From a virus (lineage: Duplodnaviria > Caudoviricetes): DNA of 64,000 nucleotides. Where the stretch lies: positions 3,875 to 67,874 of the IMG/VR virus record IMGVR_UViG_3300014205_000223; one strand, given 5' to 3'. The notes under the pieces are model-generated. The model saw only the letters and a list, made by a program, of their open reading frames with translations. It was not told the origin of the DNA and did not search any database. Position 1 is the first letter of the stretch. Every line of letters begins with the position of its first letter. Below, in pieces: positions 36,855-48,700 of the stretch. Position numbers and translations under genes: made by a program.

Positions 36855-38849
36855 TTATAATATTGCTAAGTAATTAAGTGTACCTGTAGCTAGCGTAGTC
36901 GCTCCTGTTATAGTCGCGTTATACGAACTAAGTTTTAGCGTGTTGCTAGCTGTAGTGACATTTGTTATAGGTTTTCGCTGTTGAATGGTAGCTCCGGTTC
37001 CTGCGGCAAATATGCGTCCTTGTGCCTGTCCGTACTCAGTTCCACCAGAAGGAGGCCCAACCATCCCATCAGCACTAAGATTTAGCCCTGTCCATGTTTG
37101 TATGTACGAGGGTTGCGTAAACCCATATGACCCCATCGACGTAGGGACGCCTCCAGTTCCTATTACCCCCCCAGAGTTTGGCGTATTAGCATAAAACCCG
37201 CCTTGTGGACTAGAGACTTGAGCAGATGAATTAAATCCGCTTGAAAATAAATAATAGCCATAACTAACGCTGTGATTTACGTTATAGACAGTGTATCCAG
37301 GCGTAGGTGTAAATGCTGGTAATACAAAGCTAACTGAAGATGTGGATGGACTCGTTACAGCACCAGTATCTCCAAGAGCCGTATTCGCTGCTAATTGCAG
37401 ATACACATCAGCCGCGTATATATAGCCGCCCGTGCCGCTATTAAAAGTGCCTCCGCCGTCCCCATAGTAGGCTCGTACAAAGAACTCCCAGGAGTTTGTA
37501 GATCCAAACGTAGCGATTAAGCTATTATTTACTGTAGTTAGCGTTGACCCTAGATTAACCGTTTTTTGTGCTACCGTTACAAACGCTGAACCAGAGCCTG
37601 ATATCCTCGCCATAACATGGTAGAGTACTTGTCGGTAATAATATGATGGTGCTATCCCTGTACCACGGACACTGGTTAATCCGACATTGACGGTAAGTTT
37701 GCTGGTGTTAGCTGGCGTTGTGTATGTAGCAGATTGTAACGGACTTGCAGAGGATGACCCGGTTATTTGGTTTGGAGCTGCGGTAAAGGAGCCAGCCGCC
37801 ATCACCAGATTAGCCGTGGCTGTAAACTTCCAGGTTCCGCTTCCAACTACCGTTTCGACAATATTACTCGCTGAAACCTGTAGCGTCTGATCTACATTCG
37901 CATTTGCCGCATGATAAGTTTGCAGGCTATTCGGCATTACCGAGATGATTGGTTGCGTTTGGTAATACTTTGATAGTGTTACCGTCGTTCCATTTTCAGC
38001 AGTTCCTACCTCAATAACTCTCAACGACTTGGAATCAACATAGCCTGAACCGTTCCATTCCCAGTTCGTAATCTGTCCACTGGAAATGCTGATATACTGA
38101 GTGCCATACCAGGGATCAATGCTGCCTGGATTAGCCGCACCATTGCCGATAGTGATATATTTATTGGTCAGGTCAACAACAAACATACCGTCTCCTGATG
38201 CCATACGTCCTGCTGTAACTGTGCCTAGATTGGCTGATATTGCCGATAGCGTTAATGCTACGATCTTGCTTGCGCTGATGCTGCCAACTTGACTATCGCC
38301 TATGCCAAGTGGAGTTGCGCTTGTTCCTGCTGTGCTTACTTCCCCATTGACTAAGTTCCATTCTCCATAAACACCTGTATCGGATACTGCTCTTATCCAG
38401 TAGTAATATGCTATGCCTACGCCTGATGGGATATAATCTCCCCACACGGTATATTGAGTTGTTCCAACTATGGTTGCTATTGTTCTATCATCCGTAGCCG
38501 CACGGTATATGGCGATATGATCAACGTTACCCGGTAAATCTCCCCATGTTAGTAGATTAAATAGAACGCCACCTGTGACAACCAGATTATCCAAAGCAAT
38601 CGGTGGCGTTAAATTAGGAGGAGGTGTTACTGTAATTACAGTGCTCACAGGAGCAGTTGCCAATGCTGCGGCCACTTGTGCTTGAGTGGCTAGATTAGCA
38701 AGTGCGGTAGCAAGTTGTTCCTGTGTAACAAAGCTGCTTGAAGATGTAAGCTGTTGAGCGTCAATATTCGTCTTGACCGCATTCAGAAAATTTGACAGTT
38801 GCGGTTCTACGTTGCCTGGAACAGAAGGGACACTGGGTAAGTTAGCCAC
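36855..38849 (-). CDS. tail tip / fibre-like structural protein
   Basis: FN3-like IYRA..DD...YYYWIRAV, ISASKI..LSAISANLGTVTAG repeats, Ser/Thr/Gly-rich beta regions. Confidence 0.65.
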   Translation of the reverse strand: MANLPSVPSVPGNVEPQLSNFLNAVKTNIDAQQLTSSSSFVTQEQLATALANLATQAQVAAALATAPVSTVITVTPPPNLTPPIALDNLVVTGGVLFNLLTWGDLPGNVDHIAIYRAATDDRTIATIVGTTQYTVWGDYIPSGVGIAYYYWIRAVSDTGVYGEWNLVNGEVSTAGTSATPLGIGDSQVGSISASKIVALTLSAISANLGTVTAGRMASGDGMFVVDLTNKYITIGNGAANPGSIDPWYGTQYISISSGQITNWEWNGSGYVDSKSLRVIEVGTAENGTTVTLSKYYQTQPIISVMPNSLQTYHAANANVDQTLQVSASNIVETVVGSGTWKFTATANLVMAAGSFTAAPNQITGSSSASPLQSATYTTPANTSKLTVNVGLTSVRGTGIAPSYYYRQVLYHVMARISGSGSAFVTVAQKTVNLGSTLTTVNNSLIATFGSTNSWEFFVRAYYGDGGGTFNSGTGGYIYAADVYLQLAANTALGDTGAVTSPSTSSVSFVLPAFTPTPGYTVYNVNHSVSYGYYLFSSGFNSSAQVSSPQGGFYANTPNSGGVIGTGGVPTSMGSYGFTQPSYIQTWTGLNLSADGMVGPPSGGTEYGQAQGRIFAAGTGATIQQRKPITNVTTASNTLKLSSYNATITGATTLATGTLNYLAIL

Positions 38850-40533
38850 TTAACAACTCCACTGCGCTCGATGCCAAAGCGACATTGTTAATGATGCTAT
38901 CGCCTGATAATCTTACTTGCCATTCTCTCGACCGATAGCCTCCTGGTAGTCTAAAAGTCGCGTCCGATGTGACTATTTTGGTATATTTAAGGGTATCTTC
39001 TGCATACAGTTCAAACGTGACTGGATAGCGTTCAGCTCTTACCTTGGCTATCGTGAAGCTTGCTGGTGGCGTTACTACAGGTTTAGTTTTCCATGCTAAA
39101 GGCATATTGGAAATGCCTTCATTAAATTCGTACAGGTAGTTGTTGCCGCCATTGTGTTGAACTAGATACAGCTTGCCGGATACCTTGTCACTAAATGCCG
39201 CCGTGCAGCTTATATCAAGATAGGTTACGGTCTTGCGCACAGGGTCAAGTATAAATGCGCCCTTGGCAGGGATTACCTCGTCAGTTTCCGCTGCAATGCT
39301 TCCTGTCAATCCTGAATCATAGAATCCTACATACTTGTCACGGTAAAAATAGGCATGGATGCTGGAGGGTATCATTGCCTGATAAACGCGCTCAGAGATA
39401 ATGCCATCCGATACCATAATAGCCGAACCTGAAGCCATCAGCACGATGCCATCACGGCTTGCGTACATTGCGCCTACGCCCATGCTTACCATTGACCTGT
39501 CGGCCTGATTAGCAGGAATAGCGCCAAGCTTGGTGAAGCTCATAAAGGATGGATGGTTGCCTATTGCGATTACCGGACTGCCTTCCGTGGAGATGTACAG
39601 CATGTTTCCGATAGCCGATAAACCTTTGACCGGGTAATCCATAGCCTTAATGTAATCTTCAGGCCACGCATGGCTTTGATATGGCTCTGAGAAATAAATG
39701 TTATTGCCAGCGTAAGCAGCCAAGATGCCGTTAGCCATTGCCACTACGCCAATCATGTTATCAGGTGGCGGCGAGTATAGTGTTGTCATTAGCGCCGCAC
39801 CAAACTCATTATCGGTAATCTCAACCGATGTAGCAGGAAGAGTGACCTCCTTTAAATAATTGTAAGTTCCGCCGGAAGCCGCTACATAGATGCGAACCTT
39901 GTGAATGTCTGCTTGGGGAACGGCCGGGAAATTGGTTAGCGTCACTTTTTCATCGTCATTAGTGGCAACGGTATTAGACGCTGGTGATGGAGCTCCTTCC
40001 TTGCCATTATCATTGACGAACGTGTACACATACGAGCGTTCTATACGATCCCCTATAAGATCAAGAATAGTTCCAGCTACAGTCCAGTTAATCCTTACCG
40101 AGTTTGCAGGTGATGTTTTTATAGAAGCCGAGGCTACCAGCACATTAGTTGGAACAGGTATGCCGATAGGGAAGGAAACTTCAGGGTAAGCAGTGCCGCC
40201 GCCTGATACTGCAAGTAGCCTATTGGTGTAGCGTGGTTTATCAGTGCCTGTGTAGATTATCTCCCAATCAAGGTTTGATGCCTTTTGCACCAATGCAACA
40301 TCAACTTTAGCGCCAACCCAAGCCAGCCATCTTGTATTATCCATTAAAAACAGGCTGGTTATCTCGCCACTCTTGGTATTCCATACCCCATCAACAGCTT
40401 TTAAACTACGCCACGTATTCAAGCTACCTGAGTCAGTAAAGACATTAACCGCCTCTACCGCATAATTGTTCGGCAATAGTTCAGGTGATACGTCAGAGTT
40501 TGCTCCTAAGAAGCTGGAAAATTCAAGTTTCAA
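38842..40533 (-). CDS. podovirus tail tube / nozzle (stabilisation) protein
   Basis: F.G......P.LLP...A..A.N, YVYTFVN..G.EG.PS, LYFSEPY..HAWP..Y, ATFRLPGGYR.REW. Confidence 0.75.
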   Translation of the reverse strand: MKLEFSSFLGANSDVSPELLPNNYAVEAVNVFTDSGSLNTWRSLKAVDGVWNTKSGEITSLFLMDNTRWLAWVGAKVDVALVQKASNLDWEIIYTGTDKPRYTNRLLAVSGGGTAYPEVSFPIGIPVPTNVLVASASIKTSPANSVRINWTVAGTILDLIGDRIERSYVYTFVNDNGKEGAPSPASNTVATNDDEKVTLTNFPAVPQADIHKVRIYVAASGGTYNYLKEVTLPATSVEITDNEFGAALMTTLYSPPPDNMIGVVAMANGILAAYAGNNIYFSEPYQSHAWPEDYIKAMDYPVKGLSAIGNMLYISTEGSPVIAIGNHPSFMSFTKLGAIPANQADRSMVSMGVGAMYASRDGIVLMASGSAIMVSDGIISERVYQAMIPSSIHAYFYRDKYVGFYDSGLTGSIAAETDEVIPAKGAFILDPVRKTVTYLDISCTAAFSDKVSGKLYLVQHNGGNNYLYEFNEGISNMPLAWKTKPVVTPPASFTIAKVRAERYPVTFELYAEDTLKYTKIVTSDATFRLPGGYRSREWQVRLSGDSIINNVALASSAVELLSG

Positions 40534-40988
40534 GTCTCAACTCCTGTCAATACAAAATAAGCACTGTTTTCACCCGGTGCATTTATCGTTAGCACACGCT
40601 TTAGCCAGACATGAATAAAGTCACCAGGATTAAGCTGTCCTAACCGTAACGGGGAATGGTCGAATCTTGGGCTCTGAAAAATAATGTTCCCGGTAGGTGC
40701 CGTAGTAGAGTTAGCAATAGTTTGTTCAGTGGTAGAGTTTTTCCCTGTTAATCCTTTAGCCATATATGATGTTGAATATTCAACGGAACTTGAAAAATAA
40801 ATACCAGGATTTACAATAACAGTAGTTCCTGTATTTTTAACGCAGATGCACTTGTAATGCTTGATTCCAGCCGTTGCTTCGGCTAGGGTTACATTTGGGA
40901 ATAAACTCCCTGGTGTTTCATTCAGTTCTGTTGCGCTGATGGCTCCACCAAGGCTACTTCCTGTTGTAAAATAGAATTTCAGCGTCAT
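40530..40988 (-). CDS. virion structural protein
   Basis: SLGGAISAT...LFPNVT..EA.AG...Y.CI.VKN pattern. Confidence 0.6.
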   Translation of the reverse strand: MTLKFYFTTGSSLGGAISATELNETPGSLFPNVTLAEATAGIKHYKCICVKNTGTTVIVNPGIYFSSSVEYSTSYMAKGLTGKNSTTEQTIANSTTAPTGNIIFQSPRFDHSPLRLGQLNPGDFIHVWLKRVLTINAPGENSAYFVLTGVET

Positions 40989-40990
40989 TG

Positions 40991-41287
40991 CTAATCCAGT
41001 GTAACCGGAAGTATTGCAGACAGTACATACTTCTCGGAGCCACTTACAATAGTTGCACGTAGTTTATAAGAATTACCATTGACACCGCCACGTATCATTT
41101 GCACAATAACAGGTTCACTTACAATGGGATCTCCCTGTATAAGACTTGAAGGCGTTGCATCTATTCCTGAATAGGTGGTTACGGTAGTGGTTTCCGCACT
41201 ATCTATCGTAGTGACAAGATTACTGAAGTCAAACGTAACCGGAATCACTTCCGCTGCGTCCTTGGGGCTTAATACTTTAGTTGCCAT
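40991..41287 (-). CDS. small virion / fibre-associated protein
   Basis: K..AE....FDF...GG..G..Y.L...I pattern. Confidence 0.6.
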   Translation of the reverse strand: MATKVLSPKDAAEVIPVTFDFSNLVTTIDSAETTTVTTYSGIDATPSSLIQGDPIVSEPVIVQMIRGGVNGNSYKLRATIVSGSEKYVLSAILPVTLD

Positions 41288-41296
41288 ACCACTGTC

Positions 41297-41782
41297 CTAA
41301 AAGGAATAAATAAAATAATCACGAATATCCGCATACACGGTATATTGTTCAAGGCTGTGAACATTTGCCGTGCCTCCTGTTAATCTCACTGTCAGCGAGT
41401 CGTAAGCAGTAGCGGTTGTCGCTAACGGTGATCTAAGCGTCAGTGATACCGACAGGCTGTCACTTGCTGTAAACGTGCTACGCAGCGTAATATGCGTGGT
41501 TAATCCTGGGATTAGGCTATCTGATGCCGTGCAAGTAACTGCTAAGTCAGTGCCCATATTGACAAACAACGAATCGCTTGCTGTGCAGACTGCCGCAAAA
41601 TTAATCAGCGTAGTTAATGTAGCAATCAACGTATCTACACTGGTTGCTTGCACCGCTAATGTGATCCCTGTATCAAGCTCAACCGTCAGAGTATCTAACC
41701 CTGTTGTTGTCAGATATAACGTAGTATCGCTAAGTTCTTCTGATCCAAATGGTGTCGAGCCTAATAATGATTGTCCAAACAT
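41297..41782 (-). CDS. Thr/Ala-rich fibre-like protein
   Basis: MFG..LLG..PFG start and T.T.SDSL repeats. Confidence 0.55.
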   Translation of the reverse strand: MFGQSLLGSTPFGSEELSDTTLYLTTTGLDTLTVELDTGITLAVQATSVDTLIATLTTLINFAAVCTASDSLFVNMGTDLAVTCTASDSLIPGLTTHITLRSTFTASDSLSVSLTLRSPLATTATAYDSLTVRLTGGTANVHSLEQYTVYADIRDYFIYSF

Positions 41783-41799
41783 AGGATTAACCTGTCATA

Positions 41800-44136
41800 T
41801 TATGGAACCGCCATAAATTCAACATCGGCCGCCCAATTGATTGACGTGGCTGCTGTACCTGATACGATTAATGCCAAAGTATTAGCCGCAGTCGCTGATA
41901 CATAGCCAATCGTACAAGTGCCATTGGTTGCCGTTCCGCTTGTGAAGGTTGGCGCTGTAGAACTTGATGTTCCTGCAATCATGACTAAATAAACATTCCC
42001 GGCATTAGTTAGTAAATCACCTGCCGCGTAGGCATGTGACGCTTGAAAGGCTGTGCCGGTTAATAAATCCAGGACAACGGGGGCGTTGCTACCCGTAATT
42101 AGCTCCGCAGCGGATACCGTTACCGTCGTAGCAGCCGCTGACCCTCCGCTTTGTCTGAAAAAGCTAGCGGTATGTTCGTAGCGAGCTCGCTCCGACGCAT
42201 CGGAGTTGGCTCCTATGCAGCGGGTTTTTACCATACCTACCTGACCGCCCGCGTCTAGCACTCGGCTCCAGATAACCGCGGGCGCAGCGGACGACGTTGT
42301 TAGTTTGAACAACTGGTTGATCTCGTGGCCTTTACCTTGATATGTGTTATCACCGACGTTACATATTAACCCGGCGACATTCGTAAACGTCACGGTATCA
42401 TCAGTGCAATTAGAGTCGGAAAAGTCGTTATTGCGCAACAATAGCGAGGGGGCCCCGCTAGCTGCCAGGGACGCGTTAAATACCACGTTAGATGCGGCGG
42501 CTATCCTATCCGCCTTGAACGTGCAATCAGTCACGGACAAGCTTTCACATTCCGCGCTTATGCCGCTGTAACTAGCGGTGCCAGCGACGTTATGATCATT
42601 GATGTAGCAGTGGTTGATAGACACGTCGTAGACCTCTACGCGACTACTCGCAGTACCCGATATTATGACAGACGTGAGCCTTGACTGCGACAGCGTGCAA
42701 TCCGAAAACGTAATGTTACGAACCTTTCTGGAGTTAGTCGTAAACGCCGCGTTAGCCTGCACGGATATAATAACGTTGTAGTCCGCGTTTTCAGCGCCAC
42801 GGAAAAAAGACCCGTCAAAATGTATGTTCTGGTAAATACCTGGGCTTGATGCAGATAAATAGTTTACAGTGCCTATGATTGATACGTTGCGTCCGTTAGT
42901 ATCGTGCGGGTCGTCAAAATAGCATTTGGAGTCAAAAAATACATCGGTTATAGTGTTGTTGGCTAGGGTTCCCAGCGGGTTGATCTGAACTGCATTGACC
43001 GCATAGCCAAAATGCGACGCGCTTACGTACAGGCCGTCTACCGCGTGGATCAATAAATGTGCTGGCATCATTTCCGTGTGCAACGAATTACCCAAAAACT
43101 CGCTATCAGTTATTCGCATTCCTCCACCGGGCGAATAAGTAATCCCTGAACCTGTAAGGTCTACACCTTGGTGCCGTATTGACGCTATTGCCGCGACTGT
43201 ATTTCTGCCTGTTATCGATGCGTAAAAATTGTCAAAACTCGTTGTGCTTGAACCATAACTATCAACTGCGATATTAAAATCAAAGGCAATGCAATTACTA
43301 ATTCGTACATTAACTGTTCTGTTTAATCGTATAGCTGTCGTTCCGGTAGCCGTTGTATCCGTAGCAATAAAAATCAGGTTTAAAAATTCTGCCCAGTATA
43401 AACGCTCTAAGTACGCAGGATCTCCTACGGTAAATATATTTTGACTTGTAGCCGTCGTTTTTATCATAGCCCCTTTTCCGGGTGGGCCATAAAAACCAAG
43501 TCCGTCCGCTAGTACTGTAACACCCAGGTCAAACAAATAAACCCCATTCGGAAACCCTATGCCGATGCCCGTTGCCGTAAAAAGAGACGACGTACCCGCT
43601 ATAGTTTCAGCATAATTTACTGCGGCCTGCGTAGCTGCCCAATCTATTTCATCAGTAAGAGCTATGGCATGAGGATACACTACTTGCGCAGCACCTAGTG
43701 TTGCAAATCTTTCTGATAATGGATGGGTAGTTCCGTCACCTATTGCACCAAAATCTTTAACGCTTATTATTTCTCTAGCCTTATCTTGATAAGACCGGGT
43801 AATAGCTCCAGTTCCGGCTTGTAAGAACTGTTGCGAATAGGCTAGATTAGTGCAAAATACATCTTTGGTTCCCGCTGAAAAATCAACATGCGTAGTTCCT
43901 CCAGCACTGGATGCCTTTACTGTTGTTCTAGCTAATGTCGTACCTGAAGCCGTCCAAGTGCCAATTCCCGTTTCCCATTCACCTGTGCCTCGTCCGCGTA
44001 TCCCGTAATCTGTAGTATTCCCGTCGCCAATTACCGCGAAGCTTTGGGAACCATCTACCGCGCCTCCTAGCGTTAGCGTGCCGGTTCCAGTTGTTATAGT
44101 GGATTCTTTTACATTATCCGCCAATACATGCGACAT
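41800..44136 (-). CDS. tailspike / beta-helix depolymerase
   Basis: LAD.VKE.T.T.GTGT.TL.GA..G head domain, ISVKDFGA.GDG..DWAATQAAV, beta-helix body, C-terminal F.ASHAY..GD....GNVY carbohydrate-binding-like module. Confidence 0.8.
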   Translation of the reverse strand: MSHVLADNVKESTITTGTGTLTLGGAVDGSQSFAVIGDGNTTDYGIRGRGTGEWETGIGTWTASGTTLARTTVKASSAGGTTHVDFSAGTKDVFCTNLAYSQQFLQAGTGAITRSYQDKAREIISVKDFGAIGDGTTHPLSERFATLGAAQVVYPHAIALTDEIDWAATQAAVNYAETIAGTSSLFTATGIGIGFPNGVYLFDLGVTVLADGLGFYGPPGKGAMIKTTATSQNIFTVGDPAYLERLYWAEFLNLIFIATDTTATGTTAIRLNRTVNVRISNCIAFDFNIAVDSYGSSTTSFDNFYASITGRNTVAAIASIRHQGVDLTGSGITYSPGGGMRITDSEFLGNSLHTEMMPAHLLIHAVDGLYVSASHFGYAVNAVQINPLGTLANNTITDVFFDSKCYFDDPHDTNGRNVSIIGTVNYLSASSPGIYQNIHFDGSFFRGAENADYNVIISVQANAAFTTNSRKVRNITFSDCTLSQSRLTSVIISGTASSRVEVYDVSINHCYINDHNVAGTASYSGISAECESLSVTDCTFKADRIAAASNVVFNASLAASGAPSLLLRNNDFSDSNCTDDTVTFTNVAGLICNVGDNTYQGKGHEINQLFKLTTSSAAPAVIWSRVLDAGGQVGMVKTRCIGANSDASERARYEHTASFFRQSGGSAAATTVTVSAAELITGSNAPVVLDLLTGTAFQASHAYAAGDLLTNAGNVYLVMIAGTSSSTAPTFTSGTATNGTCTIGYVSATAANTLALIVSGTAATSINWAADVEFMAVP

Positions 44137-44137
44137 T

Positions 44138-44950
44138 TTAGTTCACCGCCCATACCAGATTGCTAGCGGCTATGCTAGGAGCAATATCACCAGCGTTGAT
44201 GTTCTTTGCGCTGAGTGCCTGCCAGCTTACGAAGAATCCTGTATTAGTCGAAATTCCAAGTGCGTTAATTGTGCCCCAATTTACAGTAGGGGAAGGATAA
44301 GTTATAGCATTGGCATTAGTTACACTGGTAGTTCCATTAGTTCCGTTCACTGTGATTGGAAAATTGGCATCAAGAGGCGTTATTGACTGTGCCGCATACG
44401 AACCACCAGTTACCTTAGTTCCTCCACCAGCAACGGTTGGAGCAGCCGTGTACAAATCAAATATGAGTGATGTAGGCTTTGTCCAGGTTGCCAGTGTTTT
44501 AAATATGAAACTTAGTATCTGGGTAGCAAGCTCAGTGCTGGTGCTATTATAGATAAATATGAAAGCCCCAGCAGGCCAGCTAGGAGCTGGATCTGAAGCG
44601 CCTACGGTCTTGGGTGTAGTAAGCTCATCCCAGAATAGCAAATTACCACCTGAAGCCGCGTCATAAGCAGCAATATGAGTGATTACACCCCATGCAGCAT
44701 TAGGCGTTGAAAATGTAATTGGGACTAGATTGGTCGCCGTATTTCCTGTAACTGAGAAATTGGTATCGAGAGGAGTGATGGCTACTCTGGTATAATTTCC
44801 AGAGATAACTTCCGTGCCGCCACCAGAATCGCTAGGCGCTGACGTTAAAAGAGCGAAGTAGATGGTTCCAATCTTCGACCATGAGTTTGTCCTAAAGAGA
44901 TGAGAGGCGATTTTCTCTTCCAGGTAGTCGGAATAGGCTGTATTTGCCAT
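44138..44950 (-). CDS. tail-fibre-associated protein made of two tandem copies of one domain
   Basis: Two repeats of L.T.AP...GGGT.V..G.Y....IT....F......TN...IT...P...WG.I. Confidence 0.7.
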   Translation of the reverse strand: MANTAYSDYLEEKIASHLFRTNSWSKIGTIYFALLTSAPSDSGGGTEVISGNYTRVAITPLDTNFSVTGNTATNLVPITFSTPNAAWGVITHIAAYDAASGGNLLFWDELTTPKTVGASDPAPSWPAGAFIFIYNSTSTELATQILSFIFKTLATWTKPTSLIFDLYTAAPTVAGGGTKVTGGSYAAQSITPLDANFPITVNGTNGTTSVTNANAITYPSPTVNWGTINALGISTNTGFFVSWQALSAKNINAGDIAPSIAASNLVWAVN

Positions 44951-44990
44951 TGTGTTATCCTATGTCTCACGACAAGTGGTATTGAAATAA

Positions 44991-45644
44991 TTATTGCGCT
45001 TTAGGCTTTTGTTTTTCCGGCTGAGGGGTAATGCCAATAGCCTGTAAAAATAATTGGTAATGCTGGTTCTTCTTTACGTCCTGATTGCCGTACTCGCTAT
45101 CCTTATCGAAAGCCTTGAACAGTACAAAATCAAGCAAGGCATCCTGATACTGATCGTCCACTGTTATCTTGGTGCCACCATAAGCATTTGTTATTAGCTC
45201 TGGCCTAGCTGAATACACCATTTCAACTTGTGTAGATAAAGCAGGTTGTGGAGGATATACATAAAAAACACTGGGGTCGGAAGGAGAATAAATAAAGCAT
45301 CTTACTGTTACTCCCTGAGTTGCCGTTATCCACCCTGGAACACGCTTATTCATTATTTCAAGCGTGGCCTTGTTAATGACTTCACCAACTAGCGTACCGT
45401 TTGAGCGGTAATTAAAAGGGATGTCTAAGATAAGAATACCGTCTGCCGGGATTGCTTGCTTAACGCCTGGGATAAGTCGCACCTTACTATTCTTAACATT
45501 AGTCTGAGGAGCAAGCGTAACTATCTTTAACTGAGCGTCATTCAGCCAGCCAAGCAACTCCGATTCAGTCCAGTGTACCTTGTCTATGTCGCCAAGTTGA
45601 ATAGCTGCTTTATCTATGATGGTTTTAGCGTCTGTTGTCGCCAT
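44991..45644 (-). CDS. head-tail adaptor / tail tubular protein A-like (DUF6682-like)
   Basis: W...ELL.WLNDAQ..I, FYVYPP, YS..P, Y.DALLD.VL..AF.KD.EY. Confidence 0.75.
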   Translation of the reverse strand: MATTDAKTIIDKAAIQLGDIDKVHWTESELLGWLNDAQLKIVTLAPQTNVKNSKVRLIPGVKQAIPADGILILDIPFNYRSNGTLVGEVINKATLEIMNKRVPGWITATQGVTVRCFIYSPSDPSVFYVYPPQPALSTQVEMVYSARPELITNAYGGTKITVDDQYQDALLDFVLFKAFDKDSEYGNQDVKKNQHYQLFLQAIGITPQPEKQKPKAQ

Positions 45645-45684
45645 TTATATATCCGGTGAAACATTATGTGTGGGGTCGTGCATA

Positions 45685-45718
45685 GCGTATTATACCATGA
45701 ATTGAACAGTGTTTAATT
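45685..45718 (-). promoter_or_regulatory. late-promoter motif, copy A
   Basis: Extended -10 TGGTATAATACGC; 31/34 identical to 51455-51488. Confidence 0.65.
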
Positions 45719-45767
45719 CTAAGCTCAAAGTGGGGCTGTTATTACCCACAGTTAAACTTAAAGATAA

Positions 45768-48700
45768 TTAAGAAATAGAGTTTCCACCAACGAAATCGAC
45801 TATATTACCTCTAGTATTTCCCGTTACCGTATTTCCAGTGCCTGTATTACCTGTAGATCCGCTGTATAATATGACTCCCCATCCGGCATTATTCGTAACT
45901 GTATTGTTAGTGACTGTGTTGTTATTTGAATCGACCTGAATAGTAATTCCGTTGAACGCATTATCATAAACGTTATTTTCGCTAACGATAGCTCCTGATG
46001 TTTTTATGAGAATTAACGCATTGGCGCTTTCAGCTCCAACAATCCCATTATTATAAATCGTGTTTCCGCTAATAGTAAGATTAGTAATAGGTGCATCCGC
46101 ATAAGAATCAGCTACGATTCCCATCATTCTATTGCCGAACACTTGATTATTTAGGATTTGTATGTTATTTGAGCTTTCACCAGCCGCTGGGTTTGGTTCT
46201 ACATCGAGTCCCGCTTGAGGATCAATCCCTTGGCTGTTTTTCAATATTGAATTTTTTACTATAACGCCATCTGCCCATCCAACTGTTAGTCCATTGCGAC
46301 GATTATTATCAGCGATTACTCCATCGAAAGTTGTATTAACAGAGTTATGGCTAACATTAAATCCATCTCCCCACGCATCTATCGCAGTTACGCCTTGAAC
46401 TAATACATTAGTAGAGTTATAAAGTCTTACCGAATGTCCCCATTCTCCTGTTGAACCTGTATGTCCCGCGCGTTCTCCCTGCACCGTGCCGCCAATAATA
46501 GTAACGTTACTAACAGTATCTGCAATAATAACACTACTACTATCGCTGCTATTTGGTATCGCCCTAAGTACTGCCCCACTTGACATTTGGAATGTCATGT
46601 TGCTACCCATATTCAAGCCATTATTAGTTACGGCATTAATCATATAGGTTCCATCAGGAACAATAACCGTACCATTAGTCCCCGCTATCGCATTAATCGC
46701 TGCTTGAATTGCTGCCGTATCGTTTGCCACGCCGTTACCGACAGCATTATATGGAGAATCTTTTACGCTGATACTGTTTGTGAATGCCCTTGTATAGTTT
46801 ACCGAAGATCCAGTATTAACTACTGTACCTGCTACCGGACTTTGCACCGTAACATTACCTGATGCTCCTGTTACCGTACCAACAACAAGACCGGCATTAG
46901 TGATTGCTGTATTAGCGTTAGCTGCTGTCATGCCGACTATGTTTGGTACAGCTATGGTAGCGGCTGACGTTGTGAACGTCTGATCTACCGTTACACTTTC
47001 AATACCTGAAGAATTTATTGAATGTATTTTAAAGTGATAAAGAGTTGATGGCGTTAAGCCAGATAGACTCTGGTTATGCGCGGTTAATAATGTATTTTCT
47101 TTAACTGTAAACGATCCATAAGCTGTAGTAGTACCATATTCAACCTGTCCTGTTGCCGGGACATCTATGTTCCAGAATATATCAGTTGCAGTTGATGAAA
47201 TTGATGTTTTTGTAATACCGCTAATATTTGGAGCAGACCCGGCTAACTCCATTGTAAAGCCATCATGATATACGATTGCATCAAACGTTTCGTGGTTCCT
47301 ATACAGCCCGCTTTTTAAATAATGATCCCCTACTGCACCAGCATTGTAACTTGCTTGATAAGCCAAAGTTGCCTTATTGGGCATATCAAGAACAGTAGTG
47401 TAAACAGTTGCGCCACCAGTACCAGCGGCATCCCTTGTCCTCCGCTCTATTTTAATCGCTCCGGTAGCGTCACTTGAGCCATACTTAACCGTAACTATCC
47501 AATCTATCCAAGAACCGATAGCCAGAGTGCTATCTGATAACAAATAGTCATTACCACCATAAGCATCAGTGTTTCCACCCCGCATTGATAGCATGTACTG
47601 ATTGTTTCCTACTCCACCACAAGTATCTAAAGCCCATACCGGATTAGTACCTGATGGCCCAACATTAGGTGAATCAGGCCCATGAAGTTGCATGAGTATT
47701 GCCCACGCACCGTTACCGTCACCCACGCCTGCCGACCATGTTGAATCTAGTTTCGTCCTGAACCGATAAACATGGGTGCCTGAACTTAAATTCATATAAA
47801 TAGGCCCACTTGCATTTTGCATGTGAACTACTTCTGCTCGCTCACCACCGCCTGGATTGTCAGCCGCATAAACAGTGTACTTTGCATAATACCCAGTTCC
47901 GCCATCAGAGATGAGAGTAATTCGGTTCGTTAGTGATTGTCCTACGGTCTGATAACCGTACCAATTCAGATTAGTACCAGGGGCAGCGACAACATTGTTG
48001 TCATAGTTTCCATAAAATAAAACATTGCTTGCCGGTACTGCTGGAGTTGTAGCGGTTACATTAGCTGAAAGCGGACTATTTGTATTAGGAGCAAGAAACG
48101 CTGATATTTTATAAGTATAAAGTGTGCTTGGCGTTAATGCGGTATCAGAATATGACAACCCATTCACGAGAGCTATTTGAACATTATCCCTGAATAATTT
48201 ATAGCCCGATGCGCTAGCTGAAGCGTTCCAGGATAAGTCAACCCGGCTTGAAGAGACTGCATTTGCGAAGAAACCTGTTGGAGCAACTAATGTTACTGGC
48301 GGCTGCGGTACGTCAAATGTTTTAGTATTTCCATAACTTGATATTTCTGTGGTTTCAGAGGCCAAGATAATGTAATCTGTAGCAGTAGATAAAACTGCTG
48401 TGTACGTCAAATTAAAATCAACACTGGTATCTTCATATAGCGTAAATGAAGTATCCAAATCAAAACCAACAATATCGCTTACTAATGGCGTTGCGCGTTG
48501 GACATTAGTATATCCGGTATTAGTTACTGTGTTGGAATAATGCACGGATGAATGACTGGCTAGTGACCCGCCGTTAATCTCTTCAGTTCCAAAATAAAAA
48601 TGCACTGATTTGGCGTTGGCATTATTAATACAACTCCATGATTGGCGTGTAACTATTGCCCCACCATTACCCAACAAGCCGCCATAAACTGGCAGTGTTA

